From assembly GCF_009914755.1 (NCBI RefSeq), contig NC_060928.1: a DNA stretch of 64,000 bases, one strand, 5' to 3'. The position numbers and the translations under genes were made by a program. The notes beneath the pieces are model-generated. The model searched no databases and had not been told where the DNA came from. It was given only the letters and a program-made list of their open reading frames with translations. Positions 19,971-32,982 of the stretch are shown in pieces (position 1 is the stretch's first letter; every line of letters starts with the position of its first letter). This DNA comes from the human T2T-CHM13v2.0 reference genome, Homo sapiens.

Positions 19971-20290
19971 GGCCAGGCTCGGTGACTCATGCCTGTAATC
20001 CCAGCACTTTGGGAGGCCAAGGTGGGCAGATCACGAGGTCAGGAGATGGAGACCATCCTGGCTAACAGGGTGAAACCCCGTTTCTACTAAAAATACAAAA
20101 AATCAGCTGGGCGTGGTGGCCGGCGCCTGTAGTCCCGGCTCCTAGGGAGGCTGAGGAATGAGAATGGCATGAACCTGGGAGACGGAGGTTGCAGTGAGCG
20201 GAGATCACACCACTGTACTCCAGCCTAGGCAACAGAGCGAGACTCTGTCTCAAAAAAATAAATAAATAAAATAAATTAAAAATAAATAAA
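19971..20290 (+). mobile_element. Alu (AluSc/Y-like) with (TAAA)n tail
   Basis: Dimeric Alu consensus. Confidence 0.95.
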
Positions 20291-21289
20291 TCACCAGCGG
20301 TTAGGTTAACAAAGAATAAAATATAATTGAATCAAGTGAGGAAAGACTGAATAGATAAATTAATATCCATTCATGATATCCATATCATTTATTATATTAA
20401 TTCATCTCATGGAAAGGTAGAATAAATATTTAAGTGTGTGAAGTTAATGAATATACAATATATTTGATTGAATTAATATTCATACCACTCGAATTAAACT
20501 TACCTAATCGAATCATAAAGAAATTGCAATAGAACTATGTTTCCTCTCAGTGCCAACTCTACCTCTCTGTGTTATTCATTATTTAGCCTGCTTTTTTTCT
20601 AATATTATCTCTCTATGCCTCAAACTTCTGGTTAATTATCTCAAAGCTGGGGGATTCATTTACAACTTAGATGGGAAAATTTAATAATCTGTAATAAATG
20701 TATGAACTAATTGGGCAAAAACAAACTTTTGCATTATTTGTGATAATAAATGTATTTTCAAACTTTGCTGCCGTGTCAGATTGCTGTTAGCAACTCTGCA
20801 TCATTCTTGCCCCTTTGTAAACTTCCTTTTTCTCTATACTTTCTTTTGCAATGCAAGTAGGGAGCATGGAAAGGACAGTTCCCAGAATCCTCCACCAACA
20901 GGGTTTAATTTGGATTCAGAATTTATGTCAGATTTAGATGAAAGAGAACAGGAGAAGCACTGTTCTCCTCTGGCAGCAGAAGACACCTGCAGGGGCAGAG
21001 GACCTTGTTGAGATCTGTATCAACCTCATGCCTGCTGCAGGCAGCTGACATCCTCAAGGGTATGTTCCTCCTGGGATCCCTACATTCCTTCCCCAGGTCT
21101 TTCAGTAGTTCTATTAGCATCCCTTTCTGTTTGAAATGCGTAAAGTGATAGGTTTTCCAAACGAAAATGAAATCGGAGACAGTGGTTGTAACGAAACTTA
21201 AATATTTCATACTTGAGAGATTTAAGAAATAACAATCTATTGGCTGCACAGCTGACATTCCCTATTCTTCCTACCTTAACCACCTCCCA

Positions 21290-21500
21290 ACAACCATCCT
21301 TCTCTGCTCTGTTTTTCTCCATAGCACATATTACCACCTGACATCCTAATATTTTATTTGTTAATCTTTTTAATCATCTGTTTTGTCATTGTGGAATGCC
21401 ACAATAATAGGGATCCTTGCTTGTTCCCCAGTTTACAGAATAGTGCCTGGTTTATGATTGTTATTCAGTAAAAGTATTTGAATGAATGAATGAATGAATC
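21290..21500 (+). mobile_element. L2 3' end
   Basis: tagtgcctgg...tattcagtaaaagtatttg(aatg)n terminus. Confidence 0.6.
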
Positions 21501-22339
21501 TGACAAGAGTGTATTTTGCCTCTTTTTGAATGTCAGTCTACAGATAAAAGGGGGCTCTAATTATCACATGGAAAATCAGACCGTGCATACTTTAATTTTA
21601 AATAAGTCCTTGCCTTACCTGCCTAGCCCTCCAACTGCGTTCTTTCATTGTCCTATTATGATCACCATAATGCAAATAGTCTTAACTAGTTTGAAAAGGA
21701 TGTTAATCAGCCCAACGCTGAGTACTTTTTGTCCATGGCTTCTCATTAAATTCTATTGTAATCTATGGTTTCTTGTAATTTAATCAAGATGAATTCAAAG
21801 TTGAGGTTCATAATTTTGATATTTCAGGTGCATAATCTCACTATATGAGGAATGTCTTCAAATGAATTAGAAAAACACTAATACCTCAACCAAGGGCAAA
21901 GGACATCAACGGACAGTCAAAAAAATAGGGGGTTGTGGTAATAATAATGACTAAATAAACATGTAAGATATTTAAAATCACTTATGAAAGAAATACACTT
22001 TGAGATTCACTTTTAATGAAAAATATCAAACATAAATCTTAAAAATAATAGCAACCATGTAGTTCATTCTTTACACAAAACAGATAAGATTATAAATTGA
22101 TTAAAATATTAAATGATCTGACTAGTGGTATTAGTCACAATTAAATAACTCATTCTCTGAAACCCAAACTCTTGGGAACATATCAAAGAAAAATGTAGGA
22201 CATGTGGACTATTTACAAAGTTGTTCATCTGTTTTTAATTATGTGTTGCAAATAACTTCAGTTAGTTTGTAGCCCTTTGCTTTATTCTTTTTGAGGAAAG
22301 GAAATACTTAAAAGTTTATCACTCTATTTCTTTGTTTGT

Positions 22340-23400
22340 ATTTGACCTAAACATGTTACATATTTGTTGTTTTTTTCCTCACTATTCTTTCTTGGCAGTT
22401 AGAACTCCTGATTGGAAATTGTTCTTTCTGTACTACATCTTTAGAAATTATTTTATAGGAGGTATGTTCGTTTTAAAATCTCAAAGATTAACTTCTTTCC
22501 ATCCCCACCAACCATTTCTTCAAAGTCAATTTTCCTGAATATAAGATCCTAAGGACAGTAATTTATCTCTCAGCATTTCTCGCACTATGAAGATTGTTTT
22601 CTTCCACCTTTAATTATTTCTGTTATGCAATTAGCAAAGCTGATAGTCAGTCTAATTGTCATTCCACTGTAGGTGATCTGATTTTCTCTCTGGTTGCTTT
22701 TAAGATTTATTTATCTTTGTTTGGTCCTTTTACCAAATGTATTTGTAAGTGGATTTTTAGATATTTTAAAATGTATTTATCTTTCTTGGAAATTGTTGGG
22801 CTAAGCAGAGGATGGGTGACTGAACTAAATTCTGGAAACTCTTAACCACTATCATGTTGAATATTGCCTTGCCACTAAATTGCTATTCTCTCCTTATAGT
22901 ACCTTTCAAATGTCTTAACCTATCCTTCATATTTTAATTCATCTTTTTGTCTAAATTCAGTATTATTTCTTTATATATATTTTCCAGTTCATTAATTTTC
23001 TCTTCAGTTTTATCTAATCTATTTAATACATTCATTAAACTTTATTTCTAATTATTGTGTTTTTAATTTCTGGGAGTTCTTTTTGGTTTTAGTTTCAAAC
23101 TGGTCAAGTCATTTATTTGGTTTCTTTGTTATGCTACAAATACATTTTATTTAAATATATATATTAAACATATATTCTGTTTTGAATAATTTCTGCTTTT
23201 ATAGTCCTTGTTGGTCTGATTTTAAATTCTTTAGTTCTGCTTTCTATGATTTATGGCAGCTTTTTTCCTCATGTATTTGATAACTTCCTTATTACAGACT
23301 TGTTTTCCCTGATACTTTATTTGTAGTGATTATTTGAAGCTTATCTTTAAAGTGTATTTTCCTAGTGAGAATTTATGTTTGCTTCTGCCTGGCTCCTGGG
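22340..23400 (-). mobile_element. Very old L1 (L1ME-like) ORF1 region
   Basis: T-rich antisense L1-type wording (ttttctctctggttgcttttaagattt, ccagttcattaattttctcttcag). Confidence 0.55.
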
Positions 23401-25669
23401 GCATTCTCAACACGGACCACTTCAAATACAGTTTCTGCCTGGGGATTTTCAAGCCACAGAGTTAGTATAAATTTCAAATAAAAGACTGTATAAGTAGAGG
23501 CTTGTGCTCAGAAATTTTCAGTAGAGATGTGTTTTTTCCCTGCTCCATTATCAGCCAATACTTAAAGAGACAAGGTACTTTGTGTGCAAACACTCTCCTT
23601 CCCCACCCAAGGCTATTATTAGTGTGGTGTCATTTTCAATTTGCACAACTAGTTTTGTTTTCTGTCTCCCCTGCACATGTCACCCGATAACCTAGGCTCT
23701 AAGCCCACCAGTTATAAGTAGGTGACCTCAGGGCAATTGCCAGACACCATGCTTGCTTACCAATGGCACCCTTTCTCCTTGTTTCTGGTCTCATCACATT
23801 ACCTTTTCTGAAGAGGCAGCCTGGTTAAGCCTTAAAAGCATATTTAAATTTTTATTCAGCCTGTCAGCTTTTCAGCACTAGGAAGGGTTTCTCTGCACAT
23901 CTTCCATAGTGTTGGAAAGGGAAAGCTCCTTGCATTAATGTTACAATGAGACCAAAATAGAATACTCTAAAAAGTAATAAGAAAGAGATTTGGTAAGACA
24001 TTATTTCTCTTAGGTAATATTGTCAACTGTTTAAACAAAGTATTTTATAAATATGAGAGCGGCAGCCATAGCTGTCATTTTCATAAAGTGAGATTTCAAC
24101 AAGCCTGCCTCTGCATAATTTGCCTTTTCCCTATGTCAAAACAGAGTTCTCTTTACTTTCAGACTTGAATCAGTTCTTTTTTTAAACCATGGCTCAGGAT
24201 ATGCCTTTTGGCCCTGTCTGGTGAGACTATCATTTAAGAGTATCTCAGTGTTTTTGGCTGCCTTTTACAGTTTTGAGATCTATGTGCTTCCCTTTTTCCA
24301 GGAGGAGAAGCAGGCATGAAACACACTTAGGAGCTAGGTTCAAAGAAAACATCTTGACTTCTAAGGCACAGTGAGAATCAAAAGCAAAACTCATACCCAT
24401 TCATTAGATTTTTCTGATACAGTTACATTAGCTCATTAATACAAAACATCCCCAGTGAGTGGGTGTCCTGTGTGAGAATAAAGAAAATTTCCTGGGCTTA
24501 TTTTTACAGGACAGCTTAATTGGTGGCATATGATTTTTCTCATACCATATTTTGTAGCTTTAAATTATGAAAGTATAATCTAAGAAGTAGAAAATGTTTT
24601 ATCTCTTACAATACTTTTAAAGAGAGGGCACTTTAGCAAATAAAGTCTACTTTTTTAAAAAAAGTTCTTTGAAAGTTTACAAACTTTTTTTTATACAGAT
24701 GACTCTCTCCTATAGATCAGAAGCTCATATTACTTTTGAATATTTCTTCAAATATAAGGGCTCATGCTCATAGTCTCCACAATGAAAAAAAAACCTCATC
24801 TATAATAATTTTGAGTAAATGTGCCCTTCTAAATGTGATTGATGTTCTATTAAGGCTGTTTTTTTTTAACTCTGTTTTAACTCAGCTATGCAAGACCTCC
24901 TGAACTAGCAGACAGCCATATGGTTGAGCAAGATGCTTTGGAGCTTCAACTTCAGGAGCTTTTGGGTTGTTTACATGTCCAGTGTCTAAAAATAGAAGAT
25001 GTTAAAAATTTTCAACTCTCTGTGAAAGGCTTTCATTTAATCAACAATTATTTTTGAATAGGTTTTGCCATGAAAGGAAGCAAGAATAAGACAACTTTTG
25101 TGACATTTGAAGAATTGGAAAAAAATCACCTAAGTATATTTTCCTGAATATTTCCTTTTATAAGTAACTTCATTGGATATATTTACAATGCTTTGCTGAC
25201 CTTCAGTCAAGTTTCTCTCTCCTTCCCTTCCTCTCTCCCTCCCTCCCCTTCTTCCCTCCTTTTCTACAAACGCATAATTAAATGAAAACACAAGACATCT
25301 ATGTAGTTAGCCATTCTACTAGGAAATCAAGCTATTGAAACTCATATTCTCCACTAGTCACTTGGTAGCTGAAACTAATGTTAAGCAAAGACATCAAGAG
25401 ATCAGTTTGATGTGCTAATATTGAAAACTCAAGCCTATTACATAATGGCATCACCAGAGGGCAAACACCCAAAGGCTTCTTCAATAAGATTACAACCTTG
25501 ACATTTTTAGTATTCGTGTGATCCTCAACTCTCAGAATGATCTACAGATGCTTGTTAAAATACAGGTTTCTGGAGCCTACTCAAAGAATATGACTTAATA
25601 AATCTGAGCTGGTGATCTTTATTTTGATAATTCACAAGCTCCTTTCAGAGTAACCAGAATTATTAATAC

Positions 25670-25885
25670 CCCAGGCTTATGAACCAGATTGCCTGAGTTT
25701 GAGTCCTAATTTTGCCACTTCCTAGCTGTGTGATTTTAGGAAAGATGCTTAATCTCCCTATACCCCAATTTTCTCATCTGTAAAGCTGACATGATAATAA
25801 TGCTCACCTTCAAAGGGATTTTAGGGGAAACAGATAATGTAATGCATACAAAGTGCTTAGAATAATGCCTGGTGGATAATTATCA
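25670..25885 (+). mobile_element. MIR
   Basis: gccacttcctagctgtgtga...ttttctcatctgtaaa...aaagtgcttagaataatgcctgg core. Confidence 0.8.
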
Positions 25886-26982
25886 TCCTATTATGTTAAC
25901 TTATGATTAACGATGATTCTCTCTTGACAATTAAAATGTTAGAACAACAGCAAAGAGATCATTCGTCCTTATTTTGATAATTCGTTTTGTTTGATTGGCA
26001 CCTGGCATTAGTTTTCTATGTAAAAAAAAAATAGTAAAGTCAAAGACCCATAAAACACGGACTCTGTCTTCAAATGGCCAATGATTTTGGAAAGTCTAGA
26101 AATCTCATAAGAAGCAAGATAGCGAATGGGTACTAAGCTAGAGGAAAAAAACAATATTGAAAACAGAGTGTTGTTGAACCAACTTAGAATGAGAGCTTAA
26201 CTACAGCTATCTTTCCATGGAATTTTTTTTAACACATCATTTCTTCATTTGGCTGAAGCTTTCTTTTGAAACTGATCAACTTTTTTGAGATATTTTGTGT
26301 TGAAATATCTTGAGTTATACTCAAAAACACCTTTGAACAAGTTTCATATTTATTTTGCAGTAGCCATTAACTCATTCATCTTACTTTTTTATATGACACT
26401 GTATCCACTCTATATTTTTTCAGTTTTCCAAAATCATTGAATTTGTAAGTTACCCCTATGGTAGAGTATTTTTGAAACAGCATTAAATATGTCAGGGCCT
26501 ATAGGATACCATTTTGTTTTAATTCAAAGTGCATACAATTTATGGAATACTAGTGCCTATGTAATGATATCAGGGCTAACTATTGGCAACTAAAAGTCAG
26601 TATAACTATTATTTTAATATAAGTTAAACATATAGAGGCCTCCTGTATCTAGACATGTAGCAGGCTTTTCAAATATGAGAAATGATAAAATCTCTCAGAC
26701 TTGCAAAGTAAAAAGACACGTTTACCATGACAAAAGATGACATAGCAAAATTTGCAATGTGGATAGGTTGAGGATTTCCCAGATAAAGTTCTGGTTCTTT
26801 TTCGGCTTAACAGTTCTTCCTTCAATCTTTCTCTGTTTTCTCACATTTTACAATAGCAAGAAGAAAGTAGGCTGTGCCTTCACCATTTTGCTTAGGAATC
26901 TTCTCAGTTAAATATCCAAGATCAATATTTCCACATATCTGTGAGACATAATTCGGCTAAGTTTTCTGCCACCATATACTGA

Positions 26983-27340
26983 CATATTAGTCTGTTCTCA
27001 CGCTGCTAATAAAGACATACCTGAGGCTGGGTAATTTTTAAAGAAAAAGAGGTTTAAGGGACTCACAGTTCCACATGGCTGGGGAAGGCCTCACAATCAT
27101 GGCGGAAGGTGAAGGAGGAGCAAAACCACGTCTTATGTGGCAACAAGCAAGACAAGTTGTGCAGGGGAACTCCCGTTTATAAAACCATTATATCTCGTGA
27201 GACTTATTCACTACCAGGAGAACAGTATGGGGAAAATTGCCCCCATGATTCAATTATCTCCACCTGGCCCTGCCTTTGACATGTGAGGATTGTTAAAATT
27301 CGAAGTGAGATTTGAGTGGGGACACAGCCAAACCATATCA
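26983..27340 (-). mobile_element. THE1 solo LTR
   Basis: THE1 wording ending gacacagccaaaccatatca; 5-bp TSD actga at 26978-26982 and 27341-27345. Confidence 0.93.
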
Positions 27341-27584
27341 ACTGATGATCTCCTTTCCTACAACTTCCAATAACACTTTCCTCATTTCCACCTGTATCCT
27401 GTTCGTAGCACTTTTAATGTCCATATTTGTACCAGCAGTCTGTTCATGATGATTTATGATGATTTATGTATTCCCTAAGATGATACAGATTTTCTCTACC
27501 ATGCCTCTCACTTTCTTCTGAGGCCTCACTAGCAGAGTTAGCATCCATGTTTCTACTAACAATGTGTTCAAGGCAATCTAGGTT

Positions 27585-27756
27585 TTTATTTTATTTTATT
27601 TTTTATTATTATACTTTAAGTTCTAGGATACATGTACACAACGTGCAGATTTGTTACATATGTATATATGTGCCATGTTGGTGTGCTGCACCCATTAACT
27701 CATCATTTACATTAGGTATATCTCCTAATGCTATCCCTCCCCCATCCCCCCACCCT
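27585..27756 (-). mobile_element. 5'-truncated L1PA (~170 bp 3' end)
   Basis: ttattatactttaagttctagg...aatgctatccctccccc; 15-bp TSD gcaatctaggttttt. Confidence 0.92.
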
Positions 27757-27834
27757 GCAATCTAGGTTTTTAAAATGCTGGCTCCACACAATTCTTCCAG
27801 CCTTTGCCATTGTCCAATACCAAAGACACTTTGA

Positions 27835-28670
<836 letters not shown>

Positions 28671-29333
28671 CTGTATTTACTGCTCACAAACACCAACTCC
28701 TTGGCAAAAATATAGTGGACAGCATTTCTGTTACCATCAGAATCTCTTCCAGTCCAGGTTGCTTTGTGAATGTCTATACCAGGACTAGAAATGCGTGGAC
28801 GCCAACCTAATAAGATCTAGTTTTTCTAACTAAAGCTTTACATTCATACAAAAGAGACATTTTGGAGTCTTTGCATCATCTTACTGCAAGTTACCAGTGT
28901 AAACTTTAACCAGGTACATTAAAACAAATTGAAAATGAATAATACTAAGAAAAGGAGGAAATAAGGAGCCAGAAGTTTATCTTATTTTTCTTATATTTGA
29001 GAGGTTATCCTAATTTGGTAAACCATACAATCCATAGTTTGTTCGTTTGCTAAAAATAAAACAAAGCTCTGACCCTGACATATATGTAACACTTCTCTCA
29101 TTTCTACCCTTTTACTGTTCTCTATCTCGTTCTTAATTCCCCTTGGTTTATGGATTTTTTATGGTCCACAAAGTCAGTAGAGATGAAACCATTAGTCCCA
29201 TTACTTTATTTGAACTGACATGGCAATAGTAACCCAGAAAAATAAAGATGCAGGTTCTAAAAATCCCTGAATTTAGAAAGATTCATACGATGTGTTTTGA
29301 GGCTTATCATACTTAATGCCTTGATAGTAGACC

Positions 29334-29495
29334 AGTGCTTTTCAAACTTTAATGTGCATAGGAATCACTTGAGGATTCTGTTTAATGGATAGTCTGATTC
29401 AGTTGGTTTAGAGAGGGGCCTGAACTTCTGTATTTCCAACAAGATTGTAGGTTATGGGATACTGCTAATATAGAAACCATACTCTGAGTAGCAAG
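29334..29495. mobile_element. MER5-family hAT-Charlie MITE
   Basis: cagtgcttttcaaactttaatgtgcataggaatcac...ctgattcagttggt...accatactctgagtagc. Confidence 0.7.
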
Positions 29496-31532
29496 GATTT
29501 AGATACTATCTCTAGTTGCCATTGTCCTTTCATTTGCAAGTGTGAAAGTAATGTACATTTAAATGCTTTCATGCTGTTGTCAATTGTGGGTTGTAGGTAC
29601 AAGAAAAACAAAGCATCTTGAGAGGAAATAAAAATTTCTTGAGCTTTTCTGCCAGCATCAACATGGCTAAGGAGATTGCTTTACACTGAGTAATTTTCCT
29701 TGTTAACATTTTTATTAAGTTGTCATGACAACTTTCTTATTCTCCATAAAGTGGAGGAAAGTAGGTTTTAACCCATAAGTCAACTATAAGAAAGAAGATT
29801 GGACCTGGAAGATGATGAAATATTCAGGTATTCATTTATCCACTCAGCAGGCATTTTAGTGAATCCCGTTATGAACCATTTTCATTACTAGGAAATTAGG
29901 CTGTGAAGATTAGTATTTCCCTAACAACAAGGAACTCTTGTTACTTTTTTAGAGCATATCAAACATCCAGATTACAGAATGTCTTTTGCAGTCACCTTTT
30001 GGTGGTTCTAGCCACCCTTATGTTTAGATTGGTTGCTTCCTCTTCTTACCCATTGTCTGACAGTCAGAAAGGATAGAGGAGGAAGAAGACAAGACACTAT
30101 CCAGTTGAGAGTCTACTCTTAGTAAAACTCGGTAGCTCCTGGCAGAATGTACTGGGGTCAAATGCAATACTAATCAAGGAGTTTGGTGTGCCATAAAACT
30201 TGAGAATGGTAAAAGTAGAAATTAATGGGTTAAACAAGTCATTTTCCAGAATGAAAGGAATATTGGTAATGGTATCAACAGACGAGGACAACAGCAACAA
30301 CAAAGTCTTTATACAAGCCTGCAACACGTGACAACTGCGGATCAGGCATCTGAACCCGGCCTATCTTTCCACCGTATCTTCCTACACTTTTCTTTATGTA
30401 CTTTTTATTTCTACCAGATGGTATTACTCCTTGTTTCTTGAATAACAGTGTCATGCCTTTCCAACCTCTGTATGTTTGCTCACAAGTTTCCCTCTGTCAG
30501 AGAAAAGCAAAAACAACAAAAAAGTCCTCTATTTTATCTTTTTCCAAACATAACCAATCCTTCAAGTCCTATCTCTAGTACTGTTCCTTTATGAATCCTG
30601 TCAGACAATATCTCATTTTCTTCTGAATGTTCATAGCATTTACTTAAAAATAGTATGACTTCCCTCTTCTTTTTACTAATGAATTACTGTGTATTTTTTA
30701 AGTTTCCTTCTACATCTGAAGTTCTAAATATTCTTAGTACAAATGTCCTACTGATCTAAGAGAGTATCATGGGTTAAATGTAGAGGAAGAGAAGTTTCTG
30801 AGATGGCAGGAAGGCAAAAGTTTCTGTGACTACCTGTGCTTATATTGCTGACTTTCTTAACTGTTCCTGACTTATTTAAATGTATTTTTTTTCCTGATTC
30901 TGATTAATGTTCACTATGAGGCAAGCACAGTAGGCAAGACTGGGAGAAAGTTTGCAAATGTGATGAGCTTACAAATGGGACCAGATTAGATGGTGTACTT
31001 GGGGGAGATATAAAAGAGGAAGATAACCATGAATTGAACTGAATTGAAAATGGATCACATAAAGATCATGATTAATTGTTAATTCACAATGGAACAGCAT
31101 GATGGGATTTTTTTAAGTCAGAAAGGTGACTAAAAGCATAATATCACAACACACACAACGGTAACAAATATAACTAAATGCACTGAACCAGGCAGAAGCC
31201 AGACCTTACTGAAAAGATGTAAAATCTCTGTAACCATAAAACTGCATCTGCAAATGAGTAGATTGGCTTCAAATCTGAAAACCAGGACAAGAGAGTCATC
31301 AGCGCAGATGTCAACTTCCCCAGCAGAAATGTTGGAGTTTTTAACTGTGGAAAACTACAGTTTTTCCACACCAGTGCATAGTGGAGAAGACATGTTTTTG
31401 TTTTTCTTTTTAAGTGTGCCAAATTTTCCTGGAGTCCCCTCCAATTTTTTTCTTTCTCTCTCTCTCTCTCTTTTTTTTTTTTGTCCCCTGCCCCTAGGTC
31501 TCTGTCTCCACACAGTGATTTCTGTTATGGCG

Positions 31533-31541
31533 ATTGGGCGG
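31533..31541 (+). promoter_or_regulatory. Overlapping inverted CCAAT box (ATTGG) and GC box (GGGCGG)
   Basis: Sequence ATTGGGCGG just 5' of the island; second ATTGG at 31262-31266; no clear TATA box; (CT)n/(T)n tract at ~31445-31482. Confidence 0.5.
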
Positions 31542-31549
31542 CTGCAGAG

Positions 31550-31764
31550 ACCAGGACTCAGTTCCCCTGCCCTAGTCTGAGCCTAGTGGGTGGGACTCAG
31601 CTCAGAGTCAGTTTTCCAGAAGCAGGTTTCAGTGCAGAGTTTTCCTACACTTTTCCTGCGCTAGAGCAGCGAGCAGCCTGGAACAGACCCAGGCGGAGGA
31701 CACCTGTGGGGGAGGGAGCGCCTGGAGGAGCTTAGAGACCCCAGCCGGGCGTGATCTCACCATG
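31550..31764 (+). other. GUCY1A1: Candidate first 5'-UTR exon (1a); start approximate
   Basis: Lies downstream of CCAAT/GC box at the CpG island edge; ends at donor ccATG|gtgcgt (31765). The TSS cannot be fixed from sequence alone. Confidence 0.6.
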
Positions 31765-31799
31765 GTGCGTTTTGGCTGCTACTTTCTTTTTCAGTCTTT

Positions 31800-32019
31800 C
31801 GGTGCGGAGAAGGGGAGGAGGCGGGCAGAGGTCTGAAAAAATCGAATGCCTTATGGAAAGGAACTGCAAGGGTTCCTTTGGGGTGATCAAAGAGGGAGAC
31901 ACAGACACAGAGAGACAAAGGCAAGGAGGACTGTCTGGGAGCCACGCGGGCGATACAGTTTCCGAGGCACGCCGCGTCCCGCCTAGCCTGTTGAACAGGT
32001 AGACATGAGCGACCCAAGC
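31800..32019 (+). other. GUCY1A1: Candidate alternative first 5'-UTR exon (1b); start approximate
   Basis: Strong donor AGC|gtaagt at 32020; 125-nt intron to acceptor at 32144. Confidence 0.6.
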
Positions 32020-32144
32020 GTAAGTGCCGCTGCCGCGAGTGCCCAGGGTGCACTCGCGCGGGGACCGACAGGTGCCACTGCAGGGTCCCCTCTCCCGCTC
32101 ACTGCCTGCCACCCCTGACGCCTGCTCTCTTTCTCCATTCGCAG

Positions 32145-32218
32145 TGCGGATTTGCGAGGCGCGCCCTGGAGCTGCTAGAGATCCGGAAGCACAGCCCCGA
32201 GGTGTGCGAAGCCACCAA
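32145..32218 (+). other. GUCY1A1: 74-nt internal 5'-UTR exon
   Basis: Branch motif ccctgac (~32113-32119), pyrimidine tract and ttcgcag| acceptor; donor CAA|gtaagt at 32219. Confidence 0.8.
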
Positions 32219-32888
32219 GTAAGTGGTCGCTGCATCCCCACGCGGGTCGGGGTTCTTCATACAGGCGGTCCCTCTTCCGGGACCCCCGCTTGGGCTGGGT
32301 CTCCTTCCTCTCCTGAGAAACCTTCGGTACGCTCCCAGTTGCCCAGCCCTGGGAAGCCAGCATCGGGTTCCCACGCTGGGGAGGAGCGAGAGGAAAGGAG
32401 AGGACGCCCGAGGGGCCGGCCCAGGGCCCGGGGGACCCGCGGCGCCCGAGGGAGGAGCACAGACGGGGGTGGGCGCCGAGCAGCGCCGCGCCGGCTGCTG
32501 AGCTCGCGGGGCCGGGCCGTGAGAACGCGCGGGGCGCGCCGGGGCCGCTGGTCTCCCACGGCCAGGGCGCCTGGGCCCCAGAGCCCATCAGCCGCGTGCA
32601 GCGCTGCGGCCTCCGGCGCGCCGGCAGGCAAGCGAGCGGGCGCAGCTGGGGGATGCCTGGACCCCGGAGGCAGCAGGGCTGGAGGCGGTGGCGGGCTTCA
32701 GGGCAACTTCACCCGGCCGGCTGCGGCGTGGGTAAGAGGCGCGTCCTCCTCCACAGCAAAAGCTGCGATCGCTGGGCTGCCCAGAGAAGGCAGCCGGCTA
32801 ACTGCCCAGCGGCTCCACGAGGTGTGCGCGTGTGTGCGAGAGAGACAAATGATTTACTGCTTAGCAGTCCCATTTCTGTTTTCGTTAG

Positions 32889-32982
32889 GACTGCGGCTCT
32901 TGGAGAAAGCGTGAGCAGGGGGCCACCGCGGTCTCCGCGCCTGTCTGCACCCTGTCGCCTGAGCTGCCTGACAGTGACAATG
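32889..32982 (+). other. GUCY1A1: 94-nt 5'-UTR exon preceding the ~28.6 kb intron
   Basis: Acceptor tttctgttttcgttag| at 32888; donor ATG|gtgtga at 32983, with an overlapping alternative gtgagg at 32985. Confidence 0.75.

Noticed and set aside
20780-20794. RFX X-box-like palindrome attgctgttagcaac
   Set aside because: Single imperfect motif 11 kb upstream without other support
32024-32914. 296-aa ORF and other overlapping ORFs in the CpG island
   Set aside because: Arg/Gly/Pro/Ala-rich, non-ATG start, crosses splice sites; expected stop-codon scarcity in GC-rich DNA
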